A DNA stretch of 64,000 nt from an uncultured Bacteroidia bacterium (GCA_913009755.1 CAJVWU010000001.1:60494-124493); one strand, 5' to 3'; positions 17,900 through 28,719 are shown, counted from the first letter of the stretch. The notes: a model not told the origin generated them from the sequence alone. Made by a program: numbers and translations.

Positions 17900-19575
17900 T
17901 GAAATATTTGCTACTTTTCGGTTTATTTATTCTTTCAAACCTGAGCCTGAAAGCCCAGTCGAATGCCTCATCCATGACCGGCAGGATTTCTTATGTTACC
18001 CCTCAGCATGTTTATGTGAAATTCAGTTCCACCAAACACATTTCGGTTGGGGATACCCTTTACCTGAACCAAAACGGGGAGATGACCCCTGTACACGTGG
18101 TTACCGGGCTTTCGTCTATTTCATGTGTTGGCTCTCCCCTGTCATCCGTTTCGCTGAAACCCGGTGACACATTGGTTTTCAAAGAAAGGATAAAAGAAAA
18201 ACCAAAACCGGGGGTTAATGTACCCCGGGAAATTGTAGCTGTTTCCCCCACAACCACCGAAACAATACCGGCTTCTGACAGTGTTGTTCCCGTTAAAAAA
18301 ACCAGTCAACAAAGGGTTGAGGGCCGGCTGTCGGTATCATCCAATCCTATTTCTCCAACACCCCCGGCGCCAACAGGCAACGGATGCGTTATACTTTCTC
18401 CATGAGGGCCGATCACATTGCGGGTTCAAAGTTTTCGGCCGAGACCTACCTGTCGTTTGTGCACAGCAACAACACCTGGGAAGCCATCAAAAAGAATGTA
18501 ATGAACGGTTTGAAGATTTACAATTTTACCGTCCGTTACCAACCTGTTAAAAGCCTGGATATCTGGCTTGGCCGGCGTATCAACGCCAATATGTCAAATA
18601 TCGGAGCCATTGACGGGCTGCAGGTTGATAAGAGGTTCAAATCAATTATTGCCGGGGCATTTGTCGGGTCACGGCCTGATTATACGGATTACAGCATCAA
18701 CTTTAACTTGTTCCAGTTCGGGGCTTATGTTGGCCATGTGTATGCGAATAAGCAACACCGGGAGATGCGGACAACATTTGCTTTTGTTGAACAGAAAAAC
18801 AACGGGGCCACCGACAGGAGATTTATTTACCTGCAACATTACAACTCCCTGCTGAAAAACCTTTATTTTTTTGGTACCGCCGAAATGGACCTCTACCAAA
18901 ACATTAACGGGGCAAAGCAATCGGTATTCAACCTGACCAACCTTTACCTGACGCTGAGATACCGGGTCATCAGGCAGTTTACTTTCTCAGTATCATACAG
19001 CGCCAGGCACACACCTATTTATTACGAAACTTACAAAGACTATGTGCAACGCCTGATTGACGAAGAAACCCTTCAGGGTTTTAAGTTTCAGGTGAATTAC
19101 CGTCCCGTACGTAAACTGTCATTGGGTGTAAGGGCAGGTTACCGGGCGCGCAAAGATGACCCGAGGGCTTCGAAAAACCTGTATGTATGGGTAACCTATA
19201 GCCAGGTGCCGGGCATTGATGTGGCGGTTACCCTTTCGGCCACTATTCTCGAATCCGGCTTACCTTTCGGGAAAGATTTACAGCCTTGACCTTTCACGCG
19301 ACCTGGTTTCCGGAAAACTATATGCCGGTGCGGGATACCGCTATGTGGATTACAAATACTCGTATGTTGAGGGCAGTTTGAACCAGCATATCGGTAACAT
19401 CAATTTAACCTGGAAAATTATCAGAAAAATTTCGCTCTCCATAGCCTATGAAGGGGTTTTTGAAAAACAGCTACACCTACAACCGGATTTATGCCAACCT
19501 GACGGGACGTTTTTAGCCAGGCCAGGTGGTGACAATATCGGCAGCCTGCGGGCCAATCTTACTATTAATTTATAA
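17899..19575 (+). pseudogene. Outer-membrane beta-barrel protein coupled to the cytochrome gene, split by two frameshifts
   Basis: Signal peptide MKYLLLFGLFILSNLSLKAQ. ATG 17899 overlaps the cytochrome stop (TAATG). There are three consecutive ORFs (17899-18405, 18384-19289, 19216-19575) with barrel-like strand patterning (YLTLRYRV, FKFQVNYRP, GAGYRYVDYKY). The shifts lie between 18331-18383 and at about 19260. Confidence 0.6.
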
Positions 19576-19693
19576 ATAACCTATCAAAAAACTGCCAAAA
19601 ACAACTCATGCTCATCTCCTTGCCTTCGCTGAAACTTCAGGGACAGCGGAAGCTGAAATTTAAGTTACTCACCGGACCATGCCCAAGGCTGTG

Positions 19694-20314
19694 TTATTTC
19701 AGGGCAATCAACAGGAAAAGCCCCATCATCACCACAACACCCATCACATAACCGCCATAGACCTGCCCGGGGGTATGGGCATTCCGTTTCAGGCGTGCAA
19801 AACCGGTAAGCCCGGCAATGAAAACCAGCAAATACAACAGGTTCATGTAATCCTGATTATAGGCAATGGCAAATCCTGTCAGGGTGCCAAACAATCCGCC
19901 CTGCGCTACCATGTGGATGGATATTTTGGTGAAATAATTTACAAAAATCGAAAGGATGGCCAACAGGGTAGCCCCCAGCATAAAGATATTGAACAATGCA
20001 TAAAAAGGTTCCTGTTTCAGCAGGTAGTAAGTCCCGTAAAAAAAAAAGGAAACCGTAAACAGGGGTAACACACGCTCGCGCCGGTTTTCCATTTGTAACG
20101 ATTTAACATAACCGAACCTGTAAAGGATAAAGATGATGATCGAAGGCATGACAAACGAAATAAGGAACACCAACAACACGGTAATGTAGTTGTGTTCAAC
20201 CGGCAAAACAAAAGCCATGTTGGTTTTCAGGTTGATCAACAATAACAGGGCATAAGTAGGTACCAACAGGGGGTGAAAGACAACAGAGATGATCCGGGCA
20301 ATTGTTTTTTCCAT
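19694..20314 (-). CDS. PAP2-superfamily-like integral membrane protein
   Basis: Six predicted TM segments. KISIHM and ARLKRNAHTPGQV resemble PAP2 motifs 2 and 3. The start abuts the rpoN stop. Confidence 0.55.
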   Translation of the reverse strand: MEKTIARIISVVFHPLLVPTYALLLLINLKTNMAFVLPVEHNYITVLLVFLISFVMPSIIIFILYRFGYVKSLQMENRRERVLPLFTVSFFFYGTYYLLKQEPFYALFNIFMLGATLLAILSIFVNYFTKISIHMVAQGGLFGTLTGFAIAYNQDYMNLLYLLVFIAGLTGFARLKRNAHTPGQVYGGYVMGVVVMMGLFLLIALK

Positions 20315-21817
20315 TTAGTTCAGTTTTTTTCGAAGCCGTGCAACAGGGATATTCAGTTGTTCGCGGTATTTGGCAACCGTACGGCGGGCAATGTTGTATC
20401 CTTTTTTGTTTAAAAGTTTTTTCAGGTGCTCATCGGTGTAAGGTTTCTTTTTGTCCTCCGATTGGATGATCTCTTTTAATATGGTCTTCACCTCACGCGT
20501 AGAAACTTCTTCACCATCGTTTTTCAGCATGGATTCGCTGAAAAAACTTTTTAAAAGGAAAGTACCGAAAGGAGTTTGAACATATTTGCTGTTGGCCACC
20601 CTGGATATGGTAGAGATATCAAGTCCTATTTTCTCGGCAATATCTTTCAATATCATAGGCCTGAGGCGGGTTTCGTCGCCGGTCATAAAATAATCGTGCT
20701 GATAATCCATGATGGCTTTCATGGTTAAATAAAGAGTATTTTGCCTTTGACGGATGGCTTCGATGAACCACTTGGCAGAATCAACTTTTTGTTTGACAAA
20801 CGAATAGGCTTCCCGTTGTTTTTTTGTCTTCTTTTTCTGGCCAAAGGTAGTGATCATATCCGAATAGACATTGCTAACCCTCAGCTCGGGTGAATTCCAG
20901 GAATTCATGTACAGTTCAAGTTCACCGGTAGCATTGGAAATGGTAAAATCGGGGATAATATAATGGTTGGTCCTTGTGGTTTCACTCAGTGAATTCCCGG
21001 GTTTGGGATTGAGTTCTAAAATCAGGTCTATTGCTGCTTTTAGCTTATCTTCACTCACCTCGCCACGTTTCATGATTTTCTGGTAATGCTTTTTCGTGAA
21101 TTCATTAAAATAGCGTCCGATAATCTTAATGGCCAGGTCAAGCGCAGGAGATGTCTCTTCCCTGGCCTTTCTTTTCAGTTGAATCATCAGGCATTCCTGC
21201 AGGTTACGTGCCCCCACACCTGCGGGGTCAAACTCCTGGATAATTCCCAGGATTTCTTCCACTTCGCTTTTTGTAGTTGTAATATTTTGAGTGAATGCCA
21301 GATCGTCAACGATGGAGTCGGTGGAACGCTGCAAATAACCCGAATCGTCAATGTTACCAATAATATAAAGCCCGATTTGATATTTGTGTTCATCCAGTTT
21401 ACGATAACCCAGTTGCTGATTCAGCAATTCGGGAAAACTGGTCCCCGACACAAACGGGATTTCCCTTCTTTCATCATCAGCACTGTAGTTATTTTGCTTG
21501 AGGCGATAGTCAGGTATTTCATCATCATCCATATAATCATCCATCTGGTATTCCTCGTCACTATCTTTATATTCTTCGTAATCTTCTGGGTTTTCATTAT
21601 TTTCAGCCCTGTCATCTGTTTCAGAATCAGGATTGCTGTCGGCTAAATTCTGGTCGGTTGCTTCCGGTGAATCTATTTCCAGAGCAGGGTTTTCTTCAAT
21701 TTCCTGTTTTATGCGTTGCTCAAGGCCTATTGCAGGTATCTGCAACAGCTTCATCAACAAGATTTGCTGTGGGGACAGCTTCTGCAGAAGTTTTTGTTGT
21801 AAACGTTGATTAAGCAT
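20315..21817 (-). CDS. rpoN: RNA polymerase sigma-54 factor
   Basis: N-terminal MLNQRLQQKLLQKLSPQQ, an acidic region II, and the RpoN box ARRTVAKYREQLNIP. ATG 21817 is preferred to 21853. Confidence 0.95.
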   Translation of the reverse strand: MLNQRLQQKLLQKLSPQQILLMKLLQIPAIGLEQRIKQEIEENPALEIDSPEATDQNLADSNPDSETDDRAENNENPEDYEEYKDSDEEYQMDDYMDDDEIPDYRLKQNNYSADDERREIPFVSGTSFPELLNQQLGYRKLDEHKYQIGLYIIGNIDDSGYLQRSTDSIVDDLAFTQNITTTKSEVEEILGIIQEFDPAGVGARNLQECLMIQLKRKAREETSPALDLAIKIIGRYFNEFTKKHYQKIMKRGEVSEDKLKAAIDLILELNPKPGNSLSETTRTNHYIIPDFTISNATGELELYMNSWNSPELRVSNVYSDMITTFGQKKKTKKQREAYSFVKQKVDSAKWFIEAIRQRQNTLYLTMKAIMDYQHDYFMTGDETRLRPMILKDIAEKIGLDISTISRVANSKYVQTPFGTFLLKSFFSESMLKNDGEEVSTREVKTILKEIIQSEDKKKPYTDEHLKKLLNKKGYNIARRTVAKYREQLNIPVARLRKKLN

Positions 21818-21888
21818 TCCTAAATATATTATTCCCATCCCTGAAGGATGCAACCTGACAAATGTAAGAAAAACAAATTTTAAATGGC

Positions 21889-22541
21889 ATGATTTTAGTA
21901 ATGCAAATTTTTAAAATAATTTATTATATTCCTTGCCGGAGTTTTTTTAGATTTCACCCTGGAAAAGGGGCAAATATTTTATTCATTGTACTTTTGCAAA
22001 AAAATAACCGGTTTATTTTCAGCGATTCACTTCAGGTTGCCGTTTATGCTACACCTTCGATTGCGGGTGTCATTGTTGGTGATGCCAATGTTTGCCAAAA
22101 CACCCAGCATACTTACTCCACCACAGTTCAAGAAGGAGAGTGGTGCGCAGGGTATGTGGCCGGCGAATTGCAATCTTCCACCGATACATTCATGGTTTAC
22201 ACTTTCGGCAACCCCGGCGACTATCTGATCGAAGTCTATGCCGGGAATAACTGCGGAACAAGCAACCAGGCCCGCACTTTGATGGTAACGGCTTTTGAGC
22301 CGCCGGTGGTGTATCTGGGAAATGACACTACGATTTACGAAGGACAAAGTATCACTCTGGATGTTGGCTCATTGTTGAAGACGCCGGTTTCGAAATTCAA
22401 CAACTATCGGTTACGGACCTGTCCGGAAAAACAGTTTATAAAGGGCCGGGCGACAGGCAAATCCATCTGCCCGGAGGCCGCATCTATATTTTAATAATGA
22501 AGACTGACAAAGGTATCCTTACACGGAAAACCCCGGTTTTT
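21889..22541 (+). pseudogene. Remnant of a T9SS-secreted adhesin-like protein
   Basis: Frame 1 has one Ig/PKD-like module (ATPSIAGVIVGDANVCQN..YAGNNCGTSN..PPVVYLGNDTTIYEGQSITLDVG) with no signal peptide. At about 22370-22388, homology jumps to frame 0 and a T9SS-CTD-like tail (FEIQQLSVTDLSGKTVYKGPGDRQIHLPGGRIYILIMKTDKGILTRK). That tail has no stop before running antisense into asnS. Confidence 0.55.
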
Positions 22542-23981
22542 TTAAAATTCGCAATTCAACGGTGTGCGCGGGAAAGGGATCACATCGCGGATATTTCCCA
22601 TACCAGTCATGAAAAGCATCATTCTTTCAAAACCGAGGCCAAATCCGGAATGGGGAACACTGCCGAATTTCCGGGTTTCAAGATACCACCACATTGACTC
22701 TTCGGGGATATTCATTTCTTTGATGCGGTTGTAAAGTTTGTCGTAGTCGTCTTCGCGCTGCGACCCGCCGATGATCTCCCCGATCTGCGGGAATAAAACA
22801 TCCATCGCTCGCACCGTTTTACCGTCCTCGTTTTGCTTCATGTAAAAGGCCTTGATATCTTTTGGATAATCGGTAATGATAACCGGTTTTTTAAAGTATT
22901 TTTCAACGAGGTAACGTTCGTGCTCCGACTGAAGGTCTGCACCCCAACCTTCAATGACAAACCTGAATTTTTTCTTTTTATTTGGTTTTGAGTTGCGGAG
23001 GATGTCAATAGCACGGGTATAGGTTATCCTTTCAAAATCCTGATCAAGCACAAAGCGCAGCTTTTCAACCAATTCCATCGAACGCTCTTCCGCTTTTTTG
23101 TTTTTTTCCTCGTCCAGCAACCGTTTGCTTAAAAATTCAAGGTCATCCATGCAGTTGTCCAGTGCATATCGAATAAGATATTTAAGCATATCCTCCGCCA
23201 GGTCCATGTCATCGCGGATGTCGTAAAAAGCCATTTCGGGTTCTATCATCCAAAACTCGGCAAGGTGACGCGAGGTGTTTGAATTTTCGGCACGGAAAGT
23301 AGGGCCGAAGGTATAAACTTTGCTGAGGGCAAGAGCAGCCAGTTCGGCTTCCAATTGTCCCGAAACGGTCAGGTTGGTTGCTTTGCCGAAGAAGTCTTTG
23401 CTGAAATCCACTTCCCCGTTTTCATTTTTCGGCACATTGCTCAGATCAAGCGTAGTAACCTGGTACATCTCCCCAGCCCCTTCCGCATCCGATCCGGTGA
23501 TGATGGGTGTGTGGATGTTGTAAAATCCGTGGTCGTTAAAATAGTTGTGAACGGCAAAGATCATGGCATGGCGAACTCTTGTAATGGCGCTGAACGTATT
23601 GGTACGGAAACGCAAATGGGCTTTCTCTCGCAGGAATTCCAAAGAATGTTTTTTGGGTTGCAATGGGTATTCGTCCGGATTGGCCGGCCCGAGGATGTCA
23701 ATATTTTTTGCCTGAAGTTCAACTTTCTGTCCGCTGCCCGGCGATTCAATAACCAGTCCGTCAACCGACAAGGCCGCCCCTGTATGTATCTTGTCAAGCG
23801 TCTTTTCAGTTTCCGGGTTGATCTCTGCAACAATTTGAATATTTTTTATTGTTGACCCGTCGTTTAAGGCAATGAATGCAACATGCTTACTGCCACGTTT
23901 TGTCCTCACCCATCCTTTTACGTTCACTTCTTTCCCGTAACCGGTTGACTGCAAAAGTGTTTTTATTTCTGTTCTTTTCAC
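22542..23981 (-). CDS. asnS: Asparagine--tRNA ligase
   Basis: Class IIb aaRS motifs ([44 protein letters not shown]). 479 aa. Confidence 0.95.
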   Translation of the reverse strand: MKRTEIKTLLQSTGYGKEVNVKGWVRTKRGSKHVAFIALNDGSTIKNIQIVAEINPETEKTLDKIHTGAALSVDGLVIESPGSGQKVELQAKNIDILGPANPDEYPLQPKKHSLEFLREKAHLRFRTNTFSAITRVRHAMIFAVHNYFNDHGFYNIHTPIITGSDAEGAGEMYQVTTLDLSNVPKNENGEVDFSKDFFGKATNLTVSGQLEAELAALALSKVYTFGPTFRAENSNTSRHLAEFWMIEPEMAFYDIRDDMDLAEDMLKYLIRYALDNCMDDLEFLSKRLLDEEKNKKAEERSMELVEKLRFVLDQDFERITYTRAIDILRNSKPNKKKKFRFVIEGWGADLQSEHERYLVEKYFKKPVIITDYPKDIKAFYMKQNEDGKTVRAMDVLFPQIGEIIGGSQREDDYDKLYNRIKEMNIPEESMWWYLETRKFGSVPHSGFGLGFERMMLFMTGMGNIRDVIPFPRTPLNCEF

Positions 23982-24157
23982 AAATTCACATTTTAAAACT
24001 TTGCAAAAGAACTAAAAATCAGGGATACATCCGTTGTTACCGGAATCTTTTCGGTTTTGATATTTCCCATCCCTGAAAAATCCCTTTGTCATTTTCTTTT
24101 TTGCCTATCGTGAAAAATTCGCAATTGCCGGATTGAATTTTTCAGGAAATTTAACTT

Positions 24158-25402
24158 TTACTTTGCCCGACGTTTCTTTCCGTAAGCGGGTTTTCTGTTT
24201 TTGCCGCCTTTTGCATATTTTCCGAAACCCCTCCTTCTGACTTCAACGGCTTTCGGATTCCATCTGGGTCCCTGTCCCAGGTCAACCGGCAAGATCAGTT
24301 TCATAATTTCCTGTTCCACCAATTCTTCTATACGGCGGAATTTATACATATCCTCTTCGTTGATAAACGTAACCGCCACGCCCGATGCATCGGCCCGTGC
24401 CGTTCGCCCGACCCGGTGCACATAATCTTCGGCATCGCCCGGAACATCATAATTAATGATCAGTTCAATTTCTTTGATGTCAATTCCACGGCTCAGCACA
24501 TCCGTTGCCACCAGTATTTTGGTATTCCTCGATTTGAAGCGGCTCAAAACCTCTTCCCTTTCGCGTTGTTCCAAATCGGAAGAGATGGCTTCCACCTTAA
24601 AATGAAGTTTTTTCAGGGCACGATAAATTTCCGTCACTTTTTTCTTGGTTGAGGCAAAAATGAGTACACTCTTCAGCGCATTGTCATCGGCTATCAAACG
24701 GGTAAGCAAGGCAATCTTCTGCGGGTCGTAAACCAGGTAAGCCGCCTGCAAAACACCTTCGGCAGGTTTGGCAATGGCAATGGAAATCTCGAAAGGGTTG
24801 TGAAGGATTTGCCTGGCCAGTTCCCTGATCTTGGATGGCATGGTCGCGCTGAACATCAACGTCTGACGTTTCTCAGGCAGGTAAGTGATAATCTTTTTGA
24901 TGTCATCATAAAAGCCCATGTCCAGCATCCGGTCGGCTTCATCCAGTATTAGATGTTTTAGTTTACCGAATTTTACATAACCCATATTCAGGTGCGAGAT
25001 CAGTTTCCCCGGTGTGGCAACAATGATATCCACCCCCGAGGTCAGGGCTTTTTTCTGCTGATCCCATGAAAGCCCGTCGCCCCCGCCGTAAACCGGTATG
25101 GAACCGATGTTGGTAAAATAAGTAAATCCCTGTACCTGCTGGTCAATCTGAATGGCCAGTTCACGCGTAGGCACAATAATCAGTGTGCTTGTTGCCTTTG
25201 CGTGGCTGCTCAACAGTTCGTTTAAAATAGGCAAAAGGAAGGCGGCTGTTTTTCCGGTACCTGTCTGGGCACTGCCTATCAGGTCGCGGCCTTCCATAAT
25301 CACCGGAATAGCTTGTTCCTGAATGGGCGTTGCCTTATGAAAACCAATATGGTTAATGGCTTCCAGTAATTGTTCATTCAGGCCAAATTTATCAAATTGC
25401 AT
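24158..25402 (-). CDS. DEAD-box ATP-dependent RNA helicase
   Basis: Q motif (F..FGL..ATPIQ), AQTGTGKT, DEAD (LILDEADRML), SAT, HRVGRTAR and a basic C-terminal tail. ATG 25402 (MQFDKFGL) is preferred to 25513. Confidence 0.9.
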   Translation of the reverse strand: MQFDKFGLNEQLLEAINHIGFHKATPIQEQAIPVIMEGRDLIGSAQTGTGKTAAFLLPILNELLSSHAKATSTLIIVPTRELAIQIDQQVQGFTYFTNIGSIPVYGGGDGLSWDQQKKALTSGVDIIVATPGKLISHLNMGYVKFGKLKHLILDEADRMLDMGFYDDIKKIITYLPEKRQTLMFSATMPSKIRELARQILHNPFEISIAIAKPAEGVLQAAYLVYDPQKIALLTRLIADDNALKSVLIFASTKKKVTEIYRALKKLHFKVEAISSDLEQREREEVLSRFKSRNTKILVATDVLSRGIDIKEIELIINYDVPGDAEDYVHRVGRTARADASGVAVTFINEEDMYKFRRIEELVEQEIMKLILPVDLGQGPRWNPKAVEVRRRGFGKYAKGGKNRKPAYGKKRRAK

Positions 25403-25519
25403 TTTATAAAATAGGGTTTGGTTTTGCAAAGGTCGTATTTTTACGTCTTTGTTTTTAAAAAATATTGAAACATCCCGCGAATTGAAGTATTCTACACAAC
25501 ACCAACCGGTCATTATTCT

Positions 25520-25527
25520 TAATTTTG
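25520..25527 (+). promoter_or_regulatory. Bacteroidota -7 box (TAnnTTTG) upstream of the DAHP synthase gene
   Basis: TAATTTTG at 25520-25527. It overlaps the TTG at 25525. Confidence 0.35.
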
Positions 25528-26634
25528 CATGCTGTGGGAACGAACATCAACATCTTGCCCCTGCCTGAGTGGTTTTTGGCCTCCGGGGCTCCTTTCATCA
25601 TTGCCGGGCCATGCAGCGCCGAGAATGAGGAACAGATGATGAAAACGGCGGAACTGATCTCTCAAATCCCCGAAGTCAGTGTTTTCCGTTCCGGGATATG
25701 GAAACCCCGGAGCCGTCCGGGCGAATTTGAAGGCGCCGGGGAAAACGGGCTGAAATGGCTTGAAAAAGTCAAAGAAAAGTATGCCCTTAAGACAACGGTT
25801 GAAGTTGCCGAACCCAAACATGTGGAACTGGCACTGAAATATAATGTGGACATGATCTGGATTGGTGCCCGCACGGTGGTCAATCCGTTTTCTGTTCAGG
25901 CCATCGCACAGGCACTCCGGGGAGTTGACATTCCTGTTTTGGTAAAAAACCCCGTAAACCCCGATCTGAAGTTGTGGCTTGGCGCCATCGAACGGGTTAA
26001 CCGGGCAGGGATTGATCGAATTATCGCTATCCATCGCGGGTTTCATTATTTTGAAAAATCACCTTTCCGCAATGCCCCCATGTGGGAAATCCCCATCGAA
26101 CTAAAACGGCTTGCCCCCGGCTTGCCCATGTTGGTTGACCCCAGCCACATCTGCGGCAGGACCGACCTTCTGTTACCGGTAGCACAAAAAGCCCTCGACC
26201 TGGAAATGGACGGCATTATGATTGAAACCCATTTCGATCCCCACCGGGCCCTGACGGATGCCAGCCAGCAGATAACTCCGGAAGAATTAAAAAATCTGCT
26301 GGGCCAACTGGAAATCCGTAAAAAAACAGGGGACATTGCCTTTCAAAACAAGCTGGAGGAGATGAGGACCGAAATTGATAAACTTGACGGCGAATTGTTG
26401 CAGATCCTCGCCCGGCGCATGAAGATCATAGATGAGATCGGGGATTACAAGAAAGAAAACCGGATTACAATCCTTCAGATGAAACGGTGGGCCGGCATCA
26501 TCAGCGACAGGTTGTCTATCGGTATAAACCTCGGCCTTGAAAAAAGCTTTTTAAAACGGCTGCTTAATCTCATCCACATTGAATCCATCCGTCTGCAAAC
26601 GGAAATCTTTAATAAAAAGGGTAAAAAAAATTAG
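25525..26634 (+). CDS. Bifunctional 3-deoxy-7-phosphoheptulonate synthase / chorismate mutase type II
   Basis: IIAGPCSAENEEQ, VFRSGIWKPRSRPGEFEG and VDPSH of the KDSA-like DAHPS family. The C-terminal CM_2 helix bundle has IDKLDGELLQILARRMKI. The start is uncertain (TTG 25525 or GTG 25534). Confidence 0.9.
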   Translation: MHAVGTNINILPLPEWFLASGAPFIIAGPCSAENEEQMMKTAELISQIPEVSVFRSGIWKPRSRPGEFEGAGENGLKWLEKVKEKYALKTTVEVAEPKHVELALKYNVDMIWIGARTVVNPFSVQAIAQALRGVDIPVLVKNPVNPDLKLWLGAIERVNRAGIDRIIAIHRGFHYFEKSPFRNAPMWEIPIELKRLAPGLPMLVDPSHICGRTDLLLPVAQKALDLEMDGIMIETHFDPHRALTDASQQITPEELKNLLGQLEIRKKTGDIAFQNKLEEMRTEIDKLDGELLQILARRMKIIDEIGDYKKENRITILQMKRWAGIISDRLSIGINLGLEKSFLKRLLNLIHIESIRLQTEIFNKKGKKN

Positions 26635-26861
26635 TACTTTTTTAGCCATCTCATCGTTAGTTTTTCCATTATCCCCGGTGTTTTTTGTCTGTTCTTTGAG
26701 AAATAAACCATGCCGTTCCTCTGGAACTTGTTATTCCTCTTTCTGTTTTCCAGGGCCTTGCGACCCTGGCAATAACATATCCTGCCTCCGGCAGTTTTGG
26801 AATTGCAGGTTAATACATCGTTTGATAAAGAATGAATTTTACCTGATCATAATTCAATAAC

Positions 26862-26887
26862 CGGCAAAACCATCCCATTGGGATGGC
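26862..26887 (-). terminator. Rho-independent terminator after corA
   Basis: Stem CCATCCC/GGGATGG (26870-26886), followed on the minus strand by TTTTG. It lies 6 nt past the corA stop. Confidence 0.5.
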
Positions 26888-26892
26888 ATGTT

Positions 26893-27801
26893 TTACATCC
26901 ATTTTTTTCTTCTGAAATACAAAAGCATGCCCACACTGATAATCACCATTATGCCAATGATTATCCAGAAAGCCCGGTTGTTGTGCTGGAGGGGCAAAAG
27001 AACATTCATTCCATAAAGGCCGGTTAAAAAAGTAAGTGGCAGGACAATGGAAGAGATCAGGGTGAGGATTTTCATGATCTCGTTGGTTTTGTTAGTCTGC
27101 ATCGAGTCAAAAGTGGTGGAAAGGCCTTCGATCAGTTCACCATAATCCTCGGTCATGTCCCACATCCGGTTGTAGTAGTCGAGAATATTGCCCCAATAGT
27201 CTTCCATATTATCGGCAAAACCTCTGACCACACCCGATTCAAACTTGTTGAAGACGCGCAACTGAGGCTTGAGCATGGTATTGAGCAGGATGATATTTTT
27301 ACGGGTAACGGATAATCGCTCGATGACCCGTTGGGCACGGGCACTAAAAAGTTCGCGGTTGATCAGTTCCAGTTCAAGGCCCACCTTACGCAACAGATAA
27401 ATGGTTTCATTCATCAGTTTTTCAAGGATTGCATAAAGCAGGGCATCTGATGTTCCGATTTCAAAATCCTCACCCCGCTGATCTTGTTCGTAAGCTTCCT
27501 TGAACAGATTATCAACCACCCAATGTGTTTTGCCAACGGTAATGATATAATCTTTCCCCCAGAATATTTTTACTTCCCTGGTTTTGATAAAGCGGTTTTT
27601 TTTGTCAAACACCGGAAAGTGAAGGATCAGAAAGTAATAATCATCATAAATATCAATTTTCGACCGTTGGTTGGCTTGACGGCAGTCCTCCAGGTCGAGG
27701 GGGTGAAAGTGAAAGGTGCTTTCCAGATATTCAAAATCCTCTTCGGAAGGGACGTTTATGTGCAGCCACCTGAGCCTGCCGATTTTAATGGTTTCTATCA
27801 T
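26893..27801 (-). CDS. corA: Magnesium/cobalt transporter CorA
   Basis: YGMNV (GMN) motif between the two C-terminal TM helices. 302 aa. Confidence 0.9.
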   Translation of the reverse strand: MIETIKIGRLRWLHINVPSEEDFEYLESTFHFHPLDLEDCRQANQRSKIDIYDDYYFLILHFPVFDKKNRFIKTREVKIFWGKDYIITVGKTHWVVDNLFKEAYEQDQRGEDFEIGTSDALLYAILEKLMNETIYLLRKVGLELELINRELFSARAQRVIERLSVTRKNIILLNTMLKPQLRVFNKFESGVVRGFADNMEDYWGNILDYYNRMWDMTEDYGELIEGLSTTFDSMQTNKTNEIMKILTLISSIVLPLTFLTGLYGMNVLLPLQHNNRAFWIIIGIMVIISVGMLLYFRRKKWM

Positions 27802-27950
27802 AGCCCTTCCTCCTTTGATTAATTAATAGGGTTATCAGATGAATTTACCCCATACGTTGGATTTTGCTGGCCAAAATTAATTATTTAATTGAAAGGAAAA
27901 AGGATTTTAGGGGAAATATGAACATCACCGGTTCGCCGCAGAAATTAGGT

Positions 27951-27958
27951 TATCTTTG
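27951..27958 (+). promoter_or_regulatory. Bacteroidota -7 box (TAnnTTTG) upstream of the cyclophilin gene
   Basis: TATCTTTG, 45 nt upstream of ATG 28004. Confidence 0.35.
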
Positions 27959-28003
27959 CCCGTTAAGTAAATCAACACCAAAACAAATATCATTTATAGC
28001 GTT

Positions 28004-28435
28004 ATGCATGCAGAAATCAAAACCGAAAAAGGTGTAATGAAAGTGAATTTTTATGAAAAAGATGCACCGGGAACAGTAGCCAACTTTGTTAAATTATCGA
28101 AGGAGGGTTTTTACGACGGACTTACTTTCCATCGTGTCATCCCGGATTTTATGATACAGGGCGGCTGTCCCAACGGTGACGGTACGGGTGGGCCGGGTTA
28201 TACCATTGACTGTGAACTGGATGGCGACAATCAATACCACGACAGGGGTGTATTGTCCATGGCCCATGCCGGGCGCAACACCGGGGGATCGCAGTTCTTT
28301 ATCTGTCACTACCGAACCAATACGGCCCACTTAGACAGGCAGCACACCTGCTTCGGCAAAGTTTATGAAGGCCTGGACGTGATTGACGAAATCCGTGCAG
28401 GTGACAAGATTGAGAAAATTACGATTGTAGAGTAA
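28004..28435 (+). CDS. Peptidyl-prolyl cis-trans isomerase, cyclophilin type
   Basis: FHRVIPDFMIQGG, GVLSMAHAGRNTGGSQFFI. Confidence 0.9.
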   Translation: MHAEIKTEKGVMKVNFYEKDAPGTVANFVKLSKEGFYDGLTFHRVIPDFMIQGGCPNGDGTGGPGYTIDCELDGDNQYHDRGVLSMAHAGRNTGGSQFFICHYRTNTAHLDRQHTCFGKVYEGLDVIDEIRAGDKIEKITIVE

Positions 28436-28719
28436 AACGACTCAACCTCAATCGAGGTCTCATTTATTGCACTATGGCGCATCCAACGATGCCATCTGCT
28501 GATTTCATATCCCTATCGCTGAACATGGCTTTTTTGCTCAACCTGTAGCGGGGTGCGTCGAAATTAAGAAGATTGCACCCATCTCCAAATTATCAACAAA
28601 TCAGTAACCTTATTTTTTATCATCTTTTAAAAAGGCTTATATTTAGTGAGAACTTAATTGGTGTTTGGGGTTATTAGACGAACTGCCGTTATGCAGTATG
28701 CTAGATTCAAAATATTAAC

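Noticed and set aside
26579-26860. 93-aa ORF in the spacer between the DAHP synthase gene and corA.
   Set aside because: It overlaps the 3' end of the DAHP synthase/chorismate mutase gene. It is Cys/Ser/Phe-rich with no start context and no recognisable domain. The spacer more plausibly just holds terminators, including the hairpin at 26870-26886.
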